Positions 54,955-64,000 are shown, counted from the stretch's first letter. The stretch: 64,000 bases of DNA from a bacterium (GCA_039932095.1 JBDTQR010000001.1:16558-80557), one strand, 5' to 3'. The notes: generated from the sequence alone by a model not told the origin. Translations and numbers: made by a program.

Positions 54955-55745
54955 GTCTTCAACACCACGCCCGGCGCATAGGCGATGAAGAACGGGTTGT
55001 CCCAACCGGCCTTGCCATAGGCCAGCGGTCGATGGTCATCAAACCGCACCACCTGGCCGCCCGCCCCGCGCAACACCGCATCGCCCGCCGCCGTGTCCCA
55101 CTCCATCGTGCGGCCCAGACGCGGATAAAGATCGGCCTCCCCCGTCGCCACCAGACAGAATTTCAGGCTCGACCCGGCCGATTTCATGTCCTTGACACTG
55201 TATTTGGCAATATATTCATCCGTCGCCGCGTCACGGTGACTCTTGGAGGCGACCACCATCAGCGCCGCATTGTCCGGCTTGGTCACCGACATCACGGTCA
55301 GCGACCCGACCTTGTCCTTGGCAAACGCCCCGGTCTCCTCGACCGCCACGCCATCCTCACGGGTGTAGAACAATCGACCCTGTGCCGGCGCATAGACGAC
55401 CCCGCGCATCGGCACACCGTTCTCGACATAGGCGATGTTCACCGTGAAATCGCCGCGCCGCTGCACGAACTCCTTGGTGCCGTCCAGCGGATCGACGATC
55501 AGGAATGTCGTGGCGCTCAACGCATGGCTCGCCGCCTGTTCCTCGGTGATCAGCACCACATCGGGAAAGGCCGCGCGCAACCCGGCCGAGATGATCTCAT
55601 CCGCCGCCTCATCCGCCACAGTCACCGGGCTGGTATCGCTTTTGGACTTCACCTCGAAATCCGGGCCGTTGTAAACTTCCATGATCCGGTCGCCCGCTTC
55701 CAGCGCCAGTCGGCGAATGATCGGGATCAGGCGGGAATACTCCAT
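54951..55745 (-). CDS. cysQ: 3'(2'),5'-bisphosphate nucleotidase
   Basis: PVTVAD, DPLDGTKEF, GSSLKFC and EWDTAAG. Confidence 0.96.
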   Translation of the reverse strand: MEYSRLIPIIRRLALEAGDRIMEVYNGPDFEVKSKSDTSPVTVADEAADEIISAGLRAAFPDVVLITEEQAASHALSATTFLIVDPLDGTKEFVQRRGDFTVNIAYVENGVPMRGVVYAPAQGRLFYTREDGVAVEETGAFAKDKVGSLTVMSVTKPDNAALMVVASKSHRDAATDEYIAKYSVKDMKSAGSSLKFCLVATGEADLYPRLGRTMEWDTAAGDAVLRGAGGQVVRFDDHRPLAYGKAGWDNPFFIAYAPGVVLKT

Positions 55746-55878
55746 CACGACTCCTTGCGCGGGGATGAACCTGTCCGGCAAACCCCGTCATTGAATAAAT
55801 TTGTCAGTGGGCTTATCATCGACACCAAGGGAACAGCAAGATTTCCCGACGTAAAACGGGGTATCTTCCCCAGAGGCG

Positions 55879-56706
55879 ATGCAGATGTTTCAACCGGCCG
55901 TCCGCAGATCGAGTGTCATAAGTCTTTTCGCCACCTTGGAATTGATCTTCCATGTGGCCGTCCGCGACATCCGCAAGAACAACGGCAACGCCATCGTCGG
56001 CCTGTTGATCAGCATCATTCAGTCGCTGACCATGGTGCTGTTCTTCTGGTTCATGTTCACCGTGCTGAAAATGCGCGGCTCGGCGGTGCGTGGCGATTTC
56101 ATGCTCTACTCGATGTCGGGCATCTTCATGTACATGACCCATATTCGCACCATCAAGGCGGTGTCCAAGGCCGAGGGTCCGACCTCGGCCATGATGAAAC
56201 ATGCCCCGATGAACACGATCGTGGCGATTGCCGGTCAATCGCTGGCGGCGCTGTATCAGCAGACCCTCGCCATCGTGGTGATCCTGTTCATGTATAACAC
56301 CATGTTCAACCGGGTAGAGATTGAATATCCGATCATGGCCATGGCGATGCTGCTGCTGGCCTGGGCCTCTGGCATCGGCGTCGGCATGGTGTTCAAGGCA
56401 GCAACACCCTGGGCGCCAGATTTCTTTGGCATCATGACCACGATTTACACCCGCGCCAACATGATCGCCTCTGGCAAGATGTTTCTGGCCAACGCGCTGC
56501 CAACCTCGAAACTGTTCTGGTTCTCGTGGAATCCGCTGTTTCACATCATCGACCAGACCCGCGGCTTCGTGTTCCTGAACTACAACCCGCATTACAGCAA
56601 CATCACCTATCCCATCGTGGTGACCTTCGTGCTGTTCATCATCGGCCTGATGGGTGACACCTTCACCCGGCAATACGCCTCGGCCAGCTGGACCGCCGGC
56701 AAGTAG
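55879..56706 (+). CDS. ABC-2 polysaccharide export permease (KpsM/Wzm-like)
   Basis: Multi-TM; WNPLFHIIDQTR and SGKMF motifs. Confidence 0.85.
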   Translation: MQMFQPAVRRSSVISLFATLELIFHVAVRDIRKNNGNAIVGLLISIIQSLTMVLFFWFMFTVLKMRGSAVRGDFMLYSMSGIFMYMTHIRTIKAVSKAEGPTSAMMKHAPMNTIVAIAGQSLAALYQQTLAIVVILFMYNTMFNRVEIEYPIMAMAMLLLAWASGIGVGMVFKAATPWAPDFFGIMTTIYTRANMIASGKMFLANALPTSKLFWFSWNPLFHIIDQTRGFVFLNYNPHYSNITYPIVVTFVLFIIGLMGDTFTRQYASASWTAGK

Positions 56707-56728
56707 GGTCGCGCGGCTCAGCCGGGCA

Positions 56729-57169
56729 TCAGCCCTGCGGTGCCGCCGCCAGATCCGCCATCAACACCTCACGTTCTTCGGCATCGCTCACCTGATCTGC
56801 CAGCGCCAGGGCCGCCGCATGATGGCGCTGCGCATCTGCCGCCCGCCCTGCCGCGCGACAGGCCCGCGCCATGACTTCTTCGGCGCTGCCCGCCAGAAAC
56901 GCCCCCAGCGCGCCATCCGCCGTCAGGTCCAGGGCGACCCGCGCATGAAACAGTGCCGGCTCGCCACGCCCCAGCACCGAATAGACACGGGCAATCTGCC
57001 ACTCGCCAATCGCCCACTCACGCGGCCCGCCCGCCAACTGCCAATGCAGCCGCGACGCATGCGCAAGGTGGATCATCGACAGATCGTCATCCGTGCTGCG
57101 ATCCGCCTTGTCCAGCAACGCCCAGACTTGATTGAAAAACCGTGCCGCCAAGTCCCGATCGTCATCCAT
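56729..57169 (-). CDS. Helical hypothetical protein translationally coupled to alkB
   Basis: ATG at 57169 overlaps the alkB TGA (TGATG); AHASRLHW and GEWQIARVY. Confidence 0.78.
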   Translation of the reverse strand: MDDDRDLAARFFNQVWALLDKADRSTDDDLSMIHLAHASRLHWQLAGGPREWAIGEWQIARVYSVLGRGEPALFHARVALDLTADGALGAFLAGSAEEVMARACRAAGRAADAQRHHAAALALADQVSDAEEREVLMADLAAAPQG

Positions 57170-57810
57170 CACCCGCCCTCCACCACCCGCAATGTCAGAT
57201 TGATCCGCCCGCCCTGCGGCAACAGCGTTGACGTGCCATAGCTCAGCCGGTCCACGCCATGCCACGCCAGCCGCGCCGCACCGCCCATCACCACCACATC
57301 GCCCGAGCGCAGCCAGACACTTTGCGTGCCCTCAGCCCGATCTACCCCGCCGATCCGGAACAGCGCGTCATCGCCGATGGAGATCGACACCACCGGAAAG
57401 CTGAAATCGCCCTCATCCTTGTCCTGATGCAACCCCATCCGCGCCCCCTCACCATAGAAGTTGACCAGACAGCAATCCGGCCCCCGCTCCACCCCCGCGA
57501 CCCGCCGCCACACCGCCAGCACCTCTTGCGGGATCGCCGGCCAGGCCATCCCCGCCGGATGCTGCGCCTGATAACGATAGCCGCGCCGGTCGGTGACCCA
57601 ACCGAGCCGCCCCGCCGCCGTCATCCTGACCGACATCTGCCGCCCGCCCGGCGTGACCGGGTGATACAGCGGTGCCGCCGCCACCACCTTGCGCAACGCC
57701 GCGACCATCGCCAGTTGTTCGTCGCGGTCCAGCAGCCCGTCAAACAGCCGGAACCCGCGAATCTCCCGCCAGTCCGGCGATTTTCCGTCAACAACGTCAT
57801 TTTTCATCAT
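57169..57810 (-). CDS. alkB: AlkB 2OG-Fe(II) dioxygenase
   Basis: CLVNFY, HQD (HxD), WHGV and RINLTLR. Confidence 0.93.
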   Translation of the reverse strand: MMKNDVVDGKSPDWREIRGFRLFDGLLDRDEQLAMVAALRKVVAAAPLYHPVTPGGRQMSVRMTAAGRLGWVTDRRGYRYQAQHPAGMAWPAIPQEVLAVWRRVAGVERGPDCCLVNFYGEGARMGLHQDKDEGDFSFPVVSISIGDDALFRIGGVDRAEGTQSVWLRSGDVVVMGGAARLAWHGVDRLSYGTSTLLPQGGRINLTLRVVEGG

Positions 57811-57839
57811 CTTCGCTCGGCATTCCCGTGCCGACCCTG

Positions 57840-57868
57840 CTTGCAGCACCCTTCCCCCCTCCTTATAT
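57840..57868 (+). promoter_or_regulatory. Sigma32 (RpoH) promoter of dnaK
   Basis: CTTG-N18-CTTATAT fits the alphaproteobacterial RpoH consensus. Confidence 0.75.
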
Positions 57869-57990
57869 ACCCCGAGAAGCCGAACAAGGGTGTCTCTTTT
57901 GGCGTCCGACTGTTTGGTTCTCACTGGGATCGGGGTTGGATGCCTGAATGGGTCCACCCCTTAACATCGCCGAAGAAGAGGTAAAGCAGC

Positions 57991-59898
57991 ATGGCTAAGA
58001 TTATCGGTATCGACCTGGGAACCACCAACTCCTGCGTCGCGATCATGGACGGTGCGGCCCCCCGCATCATCGAAAACTCGGAAGGCGCCCGCACGACGCC
58101 CTCCATCGTCGCCTTCACGGAAAACGAGCGTCTGGTTGGACAAGCCGCCAAACGGCAGGCCGTCACCAACGCCTCCAACACCATCTTCGCCGTCAAACGC
58201 CTGATCGGCCGCCGCTATGACGATCCGATGATCGTCAAGGACCAGAAGCATCTGTCCTACAAGGTAGTCAACGGCGGCAATGGCGACGCCTGGGTCGAAG
58301 CGCGGTCCGAGAAATTCTCTCCCGCTCAGGTCTCGGCCATCGTCCTGCAGAAGATGAAGGAAACCGCCGAATCCTATCTGGGTGAGACCGTCACTCAGGC
58401 CGTCATCACCGTGCCGGCCTATTTCAACGACGCCCAGCGTCAGGCAACCAAGGACGCCGGCAAGATCGCTGGCCTTGAAGTGCTGCGGATCATCAACGAG
58501 CCGACAGCAGCTGCCCTGGCCTATGGTCTGGACAAGAAAGAAGCCAAAACCATCGCGGTCTATGACCTTGGTGGCGGTACCTTCGACATCACCATCCTCG
58601 AAATCGACGACGGCCTGTTCGAAGTCAAATCCACCAACGGCGATACCTTCCTTGGCGGTGAAGACTTCGACATGCGCATCGTCGAATATCTGGCGGGTGA
58701 ATTCAAGAAAGAGCATGGCGTCGACCTGACGCTCGACAAGATGGCTCTGCAGCGCCTGAAAGAGGCGGCTGAAAAGGCCAAGATCGAACTGTCGAACTCT
58801 ACCCAGACGGAAATCAACCAGCCGTTCATCTCGATGGACAAGAACACCGGGCAACCCCTGCACCTTGTCGTCAAGCTGACCCGCGCCAAGCTGGAATCGC
58901 TGGTCGATGACCTGATCAAGAAGTCGATCAAACCCTGTCAGGCCGCGCTCAAGGACGCCGGCATCTCGATCACCGACATCGACGAGGTTGTTCTCGTCGG
59001 CGGGATGACCCGGATGCCCCGCGTGATCGAGGAAGTGACCAAGTTCTTCGGCAAGGAACCCCACAAGGGCGTGAACCCTGACGAAGTCGTGGCCGCTGGT
59101 GCCGCCATTCAGGCCGGCGTTCTGCAAGGCGACGTCAAGGACGTGGTCCTGCTTGACGTGACCCCGCTGTCCTTGGGCATCGAAACCCTCGGGGGCGTGT
59201 TCACGCGTCTGATCGACCGCAACACCACGATCCCGACCAAGAAGTCGCAGATCTTCTCCACCGCCGAAGACAACCAGAACGCCGTGACCCTGCGCGTGTT
59301 CCAGGGCGAACGCGAGATGGCCGGCGACAACAAGATGCTCGGCCAGTTCAACCTTGAAAACATCCCGCCGGCCCCGCGTGGCATGCCGCAGATCGAAGTC
59401 ACTTTTGACATCGATGCCAACGGCATCGTCAACGTCAAGGCCAAGGACAAGGGCACCAACAAGGAACAGGCGATCACCATTCAGGCTTCGGGTGGCCTGT
59501 CGGATGAAGACATCGAAAAGATGGTCAAGGACGCCGAAGCCAATGCCGAGGCTGACTAGTCCCGTCGCGAACTTGTGGAAACCAAGAATCAGGCCGAAAG
59601 CCTGCTGCACTCCACCAAGAAGTCGCTGGCCGAACATTCCGACAAGGTCGATCCCTCGACCGTTGAAGTGATCGAACTGGCCATGTCCGCGCTGGAAGAC
59701 ACCCTGAAGACCGAAGATGCCGGCAAGATCAAGGGCGGCATCCAGAACCTCACCGATGCCGCGATGAAGCTTGGCGAGGCGATCTACAAGGCCACCGCTG
59801 ACCAGCAGGACGGCAAGGACGAAGACGCTCCGCGCGAAGTTGACGACGACATCGTCGATGCCGATTTCGAAGACCTCGGCAACAACAAGCGCAAGTAA
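57991..59898 (+). pseudogene. dnaK: DnaK/Hsp70 interrupted by one in-frame TAG at 59557-59559 (apparent pseudogene or base error)
   Basis: [25 protein letters not shown] and RGMPQIEV; the same frame continues after the TAG to TAA at 59898 with lid-domain sequence. Confidence 0.95.
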
Positions 59899-59916
59899 CC
59901 TTCCCGGATACCTTCA

Positions 59917-59942
59917 GGGCGGCCCCGTCACAGGGGTCGCCC
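59917..59942 (+). terminator. GC-rich hairpin between dnaK and dnaJ
   Basis: GGGCGGCCCC-GTCACA-GGGGTCGCCC; no U-tract. Confidence 0.55.
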
Positions 59943-59970
59943 GCTGGCGTTCAAGATCAAAGGTCCTGAG

Positions 59971-61110
59971 ATGGCGAAACGCGACTTTTACGACGTGCTC
60001 GGGGTGGCAAAAGGCACCTCGGCAGATGACTTGAAAAAGGCCTATCGCGCCAAAGCCAAGGAACTGCACCCCGACCGCAATTCTGACAACCCCAACGCCG
60101 AGGCCCAGTTCAAAGAGGTGAACGAGGCTTACGACGTGCTCAAGGATGCCGACAAGAAGGCCGCCTATGACCGTTACGGCCACGCGGCGTTCGAAGGCGG
60201 CATGGGCGGTGCCCGTGGCGGCGCCGGCGGCGGTGGTGATTTCTCCTCGGCCTTTTCCGACGTGTTCGAGGATCTGTTCGGCGACTTCATGGGCCGGGGC
60301 GGCGGCGGTGGCCGCAGCCGGGCCCAGCGCGGCTCCGACCTGCGCTACAATCTGCGGGTCTCGCTGGAAGAAAGCTTCAAGGGCGTTCAGAAGACCATCA
60401 ACGTGCCTTCGTCCGTGACCTGCGACACCTGTCGCGGCACCGGTGCCGAGGGCGGGTCCGAGCCCGTCACTTGCCCGACCTGCTCGGGCATGGGCAAGGT
60501 CCGCGCCCAACAAGGCTTCTTCACCGTCGAACGCACCTGCCCCACCTGCAACGGCGGTGGTCAGATCGTCAAGAACCCCTGCAAGGTCTGCCACGGTGCC
60601 GGCCGGATCGAGAAGGAACGCTCGCTCTCGGTCAACATTCCCGCTGGCGTCGAAACCGGCACCCGCATCCGTCTGGCTTCCGAAGGCGAAGCCGGGATGC
60701 GCGGCGGCCCGTCCGGCGACCTTTATATCTTTATCGAGGTCAAGGATCACCCGATCTTCCAGCGCGACGGCGTCAACCTGTTCTGCCGCGTGCCAGTGAC
60801 GATCACCACCGCCGCTCTGGGGGGCGAGGTCGAGGTGCCGACCATCGACGGCGGCAAAAGCCGGGTCAAGGTGCCAGCCGGCGCCCAAACCGGCAAACAG
60901 ATGCGTCTGCGCGCCAAGGGCATGCCCGCGCTGCGCGGTGGCGGCGTCGGTGACATGCTGATCGAAATGGCGGTGGAAACCCCGGTCAACCTGACCAGCC
61001 GCCAACGCGAGATCCTGCGCGAATTCGAACAGCTCAGCGCTGAAAACAACCCCGAAGGCTCCAGCTTCTTCACCAAGGTAAAGGGCTTCTGGGACGGCAT
61101 GAAGGGTTGA
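59971..61110 (+). CDS. dnaJ: Chaperone DnaJ
   Basis: HPD motif, G/F region, four CxxCxGxG repeats. Confidence 0.98.
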   Translation: MAKRDFYDVLGVAKGTSADDLKKAYRAKAKELHPDRNSDNPNAEAQFKEVNEAYDVLKDADKKAAYDRYGHAAFEGGMGGARGGAGGGGDFSSAFSDVFEDLFGDFMGRGGGGGRSRAQRGSDLRYNLRVSLEESFKGVQKTINVPSSVTCDTCRGTGAEGGSEPVTCPTCSGMGKVRAQQGFFTVERTCPTCNGGGQIVKNPCKVCHGAGRIEKERSLSVNIPAGVETGTRIRLASEGEAGMRGGPSGDLYIFIEVKDHPIFQRDGVNLFCRVPVTITTAALGGEVEVPTIDGGKSRVKVPAGAQTGKQMRLRAKGMPALRGGGVGDMLIEMAVETPVNLTSRQREILREFEQLSAENNPEGSSFFTKVKGFWDGMKG

Positions 61111-61129
61111 TTCCCCTTCGTTCGACCTG

Positions 61130-61166
61130 AAAAACCGCCGGGCAAAACCCCCGGCGGTTTTTCTTT
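61130..61166 (+). terminator. Rho-independent terminator after dnaJ (bidirectional shape)
   Basis: AAAAACCGCCGG-N9-CCGGCGGTTTTTCTTT. Confidence 0.88.
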
Positions 61167-61216
61167 GACCACCAGACCACCGCACGCCGCGTTAGCACCG
61201 CCCCACCCGTACAGGC

Positions 61217-61260
61217 TGTAGCGGCAATGTAGCGGATTTGTAGTGGGTTTGTAGGTCGCA
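61217..61260. repeat. Four phased 11-bp direct repeats, TGTAG-N6
   Basis: TGTAG at 61217, 61228, 61239 and 61250. Confidence 0.9.
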
Positions 61261-61282
61261 ATAATTTCCGAATCTGGCCTCG

Positions 61283-61332
61283 TTAACCTCGATTTGACGC
61301 CGATTCGCCGAGCGTTGTTAACCTTTTCTTCA
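61283..61332. promoter_or_regulatory. Two CtrA-like boxes upstream of radC
   Basis: TTAA-CCTCGAT-TTGA (61283) and TTAA-CCTTTTC-TTCA (61318), one mismatch each. Confidence 0.6.
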
Positions 61333-61356
61333 TTATATTCGTGCCAACCTCCGGCC

Positions 61357-62121
61357 ATGACACAAAGCGGCTTTCACGAATCGAGAAGCCTTTTCCCGCC
61401 CACCGGCGATGAGGATGAGGCATCCTCTGCCGCCCTGCCCGACAAACTGCCGTCCTACATCGCCGACCACCGCAAACGCCTGCGCTCGCGCTTCATGGAA
61501 GGCGGCGCCACCGCGATGCCTGACTACGAACTCCTTGAATTGCTTCTGTTTCGTGCCATGCACCGCCAGGATGTCAAACCCCTCGCCCGTCTGCTGCTCG
61601 ACACCTTTGGCGATTTCAATCGCGTGGTTTCGGCGGTCCCGGCCCGGCTGATGATGGTCAAGGGCGTCGGCGAAGCCGTTGTTCTCGAACTGAAACTGGT
61701 CGAGGCCGCCGCCCAGCGCCTGATGCGGGCCAAGGTATTGAATAGCCCGATCCTGACCTCATGGGACGCCCTGATCGACTATTGCCACACTGCAATGGCC
61801 CACCGCGAAACCGAACAATTCCGCATCCTGTTCCTGGACCGCAAAAACGTGCTGATCGCCGACGAAGAACAGGCCAAAGGCACCGTCGACCACGTCCCGG
61901 TCTACCCGCGGGAAGTGGTCAAACGTGCCCTCGAACTGAACGCCAGCGCCTTGATTCTGGTACATAATCACCCGTCCGGCGATCCCACACCATCAGAGGC
62001 GGACATCACAATGACCGCGCAAATTCAGGACGCCGCGCAGGTCCTGGGGATCACGCTGCACGACCATCTGATCATCGGAAAATCCCGCGAACTCAGCTTC
62101 CGGGCACAGGGTTATCTGTAG
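61357..62121 (+). CDS. radC: RadC (JAB/MPN domain protein)
   Basis: HRKRLRSRF, DYELLELLL, VYPREVVK and HNHPSGDPTPSEAD. Confidence 0.96.
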   Translation: MTQSGFHESRSLFPPTGDEDEASSAALPDKLPSYIADHRKRLRSRFMEGGATAMPDYELLELLLFRAMHRQDVKPLARLLLDTFGDFNRVVSAVPARLMMVKGVGEAVVLELKLVEAAAQRLMRAKVLNSPILTSWDALIDYCHTAMAHRETEQFRILFLDRKNVLIADEEQAKGTVDHVPVYPREVVKRALELNASALILVHNHPSGDPTPSEADITMTAQIQDAAQVLGITLHDHLIIGKSRELSFRAQGYL

Positions 62122-62142
62122 GGTTCGGCCCCTGAAATCCGC

Positions 62143-63642
62143 CTATCGTCCGACCTGGAACGCCGGCTTCACCCACAACTCCACCCTCCGGTTCAATTTG
62201 CGCCCCGCGGCCGTCTCATCACAAGCCATCGGCAGCGCCTCGCCAAACGCCTCGACCACCGGCAACTCGTCCTCCGGCATCCCAGGCACCAGGGCCTGCA
62301 GGCCGTTCAGCACGGCCTCCGCCCGGCTCTGCGACAGCGCCAGATTGGCTTTGACCGCGCCCGAGCCATCGGAAAACCCGGCCAATGTCAACGACTTGCC
62401 TTTGAACAGGCCGGCCTCCAGCATCTGTGCCAGATCGCTCAGGCTGTTCTTTGACGCAGCGTCCAGCGTCGTGGTGCCGCCGTCGAAACGGAAGGTCAGC
62501 GATAACCGGTCGGCCCCATCCATCGCCGCCACCAGCCGTTTCAGGTCATCCAGCGTCGTCTCCGACCCGGCACCCTTGATCGCATTGATCAACCGCAGGC
62601 CATCCGTCGTCATCGGCTGCTGCTCGGCCCGCCGGTCGATATAGCCGGCTCGCGCTATTGCCACCTGCGCCTCCGGGCTCGACAGAAACTCCAGAAACTC
62701 TCGCGCGACCAACGGCATACGGTGGCGCGGTGTCAGCAGAAACACCGGCAAGGTCAGCGGATAATCCTGTGCCTTGACGGCAAGCCGGGTCGGCAGCAGT
62801 GGAAAACCACAGCTGTCCGTCAGCGGCAACAGATGCGCCGGACCCAAAGCCGCCCGCTCGGTCACTGCAATCGCCCAAGGGTCCCTAGCCACCGCTTCGG
62901 CCAGCTCGGCCAGCGTGGTATGGGTGATAGTGGCCGTCACCTTGTGGCCCAGCCGCGCCGAAAGCGCCCGCTGCAGATCGGCACCCTCCGCCAGTCCATG
63001 AAGCACCAGCGGCATATCCGGCCCACCGACCCCGCTCCAGTTCTGCACCTCTCCCGACAGCACCCGCGCCAGATCTGTGGTCGAAATCTGCGGCAAGGGG
63101 TTGCCCGGCGCCATGATCGGCACCAACGCATCCAGCGCCACCGCCTGCGCCCCAAGGTCGGGCTCGGCGGCTGACGCCACCATCAACTGCGCCGCCCCGG
63201 TCAGAATCGCATCCCGCGCCGTCACCGGATCCGAGGCAGTGAACGACAATTCGGCCAAAATCTCGCCAGTCACCGGATCGGAAATCACTGCCGGCCCATC
63301 CGCCGTAGCCGCCGCAAAGCTCAGGCTCCGCGACTTGGCATAAGCGGCAAACAGCAGCGGCAGCAGGCTGCCCCCCGCATCCGCCGCGCCGATGAACCTG
63401 ATCGTCGCCTTGGGGGCCGTCAGATCGGGGCAGGCCGGGCCGTCGCACGTCACGCCCTGACCATCGACCGTCAGCGGCCCATAGTTGGTCACGATGCGGA
63501 AAAACTCGCCGTCATAGCCCTGCAAGGTCCCGCTCAGGGACAATGACCCATCGCGCGAGGTCAAGGTGATGTCCTGCGCCCATGCGGCCTGACCAAACAG
63601 CAACGCGGCGAAAACCGCCGCGCCACCCGCAATAATCTTCAT
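62143..63642 (-). CDS. PstS-like periplasmic-binding/OmpA-family fusion protein
   Basis: Signal peptide; VALDALVPIM and YPLTLPVFL PBP-like segments; C-terminal GFSD..NLALSQSRA..NRRVE. Confidence 0.85.
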   Translation of the reverse strand: MKIIAGGAAVFAALLFGQAAWAQDITLTSRDGSLSLSGTLQGYDGEFFRIVTNYGPLTVDGQGVTCDGPACPDLTAPKATIRFIGAADAGGSLLPLLFAAYAKSRSLSFAAATADGPAVISDPVTGEILAELSFTASDPVTARDAILTGAAQLMVASAAEPDLGAQAVALDALVPIMAPGNPLPQISTTDLARVLSGEVQNWSGVGGPDMPLVLHGLAEGADLQRALSARLGHKVTATITHTTLAELAEAVARDPWAIAVTERAALGPAHLLPLTDSCGFPLLPTRLAVKAQDYPLTLPVFLLTPRHRMPLVAREFLEFLSSPEAQVAIARAGYIDRRAEQQPMTTDGLRLINAIKGAGSETTLDDLKRLVAAMDGADRLSLTFRFDGGTTTLDAASKNSLSDLAQMLEAGLFKGKSLTLAGFSDGSGAVKANLALSQSRAEAVLNGLQALVPGMPEDELPVVEAFGEALPMACDETAAGRKLNRRVELWVKPAFQVGR

Positions 63643-63654
63643 GAACGCCCACCT

Positions 63655-64000
63655 TTAGTTGGTGGCGATCTTCCTATCTGAAGCGAGATTGTTCAACACC
63701 AGAAAATCACCGATCCCTGAACAATCCGGCATCGCCAGCGTCAGGTCGGTAAAGGTGGTCTGGCCGCCCGAACTGGACATCGTCTCGCCCAGCAGGTCAT
63801 GGCCGCAGGTCTGTTGAGTAACTGAGGCCTCAAGCATGACATTGATGTGGACAGCACTGTCAGCCGGGAAGGTATAGACCTGCGCCAGCAAGGGGTTTTC
63901 CACATTGGCGTCGCCAAGCACGGTCAGAAATCCGCCACCGCCATCGCCAGCCACCCCCGGATTGGTGGCCGAGATATCGCCGATCTGGCCGAAATCCGCG
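63655..64000 (-). CDS. 3' end of a hypothetical protein (5' end outside the window)
   Basis: Frame is open to the window edge (ADFGQIGDIS...); ends 12 bp before the PBP/OmpA gene. Confidence 0.7.
   Translation of the reverse strand, partial: ADFGQIGDISATNPGVAGDGGGGFLTVLGDANVENPLLAQVYTFPADSAVHINVMLEASVTQQTCGHDLLGETMSSSGGQTTFTDLTLAMPDCSGIGDFLVLNNLASDRKIATN

Noticed and set aside
59557-59559. Pyrrolysine or programmed amber recoding of dnaK
   Set aside because: No pyl genes or suppressor tRNA in the window, and the other genes use TAG as a normal stop
61217-61260. CRISPR array or Pho box
   Set aside because: Units are 11 bp with no spacers and no cas genes; the TGTAG core does not match the CTGTCAT Pho consensus
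61357-62121. radC as a marker of a mobile element
   Set aside because: Full-length chromosomal type next to dnaJ; no integrase, transposase or att-like repeats

Overview
GC-rich alphaproteobacterial chromosome segment whose gene content and order are typical of Rhodobacteraceae/Paracoccaceae. 1-24.8 kb: polar-type (Fla2/Roseobacter fla1-like) flagellar cluster from fliI to motB, with several CtrA-like boxes. 24.9-28.9 kb: an orphan four-repeat protein, a 2Fe-2S ferredoxin, a StcD-like flavoenzyme and a MarR regulator. 29-40.6 kb: GlcNAc/chito-oligosaccharide locus (GH20, GntR, ABC transporter, Gfo/Idh/MocA, NagB-II, NagK, NagA, MaoC-like). 40.7-42.7 kb: Lys-rich orphan and orphan XdhC. 42.8-47.6 kb: rnd-kdsD-lptCAB-hpf-ptsN. 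47.6-56.7 kb: putative sulfated surface-glycan locus (two-domain sulfotransferase, GT14-like, two GT2-like, galU, kdsB, cysQ, ABC-2 permease). 56.7-64 kb: alkB plus a coupled hypothetical, dnaK interrupted by one in-frame TAG, dnaJ, radC preceded by a phased 11-bp repeat array and CtrA-like boxes, and a PstS-like/OmpA fusion. I saw no rRNA, tRNA, CRISPR array or IS element. All family calls come from motif recognition by eye; no database searches were run.
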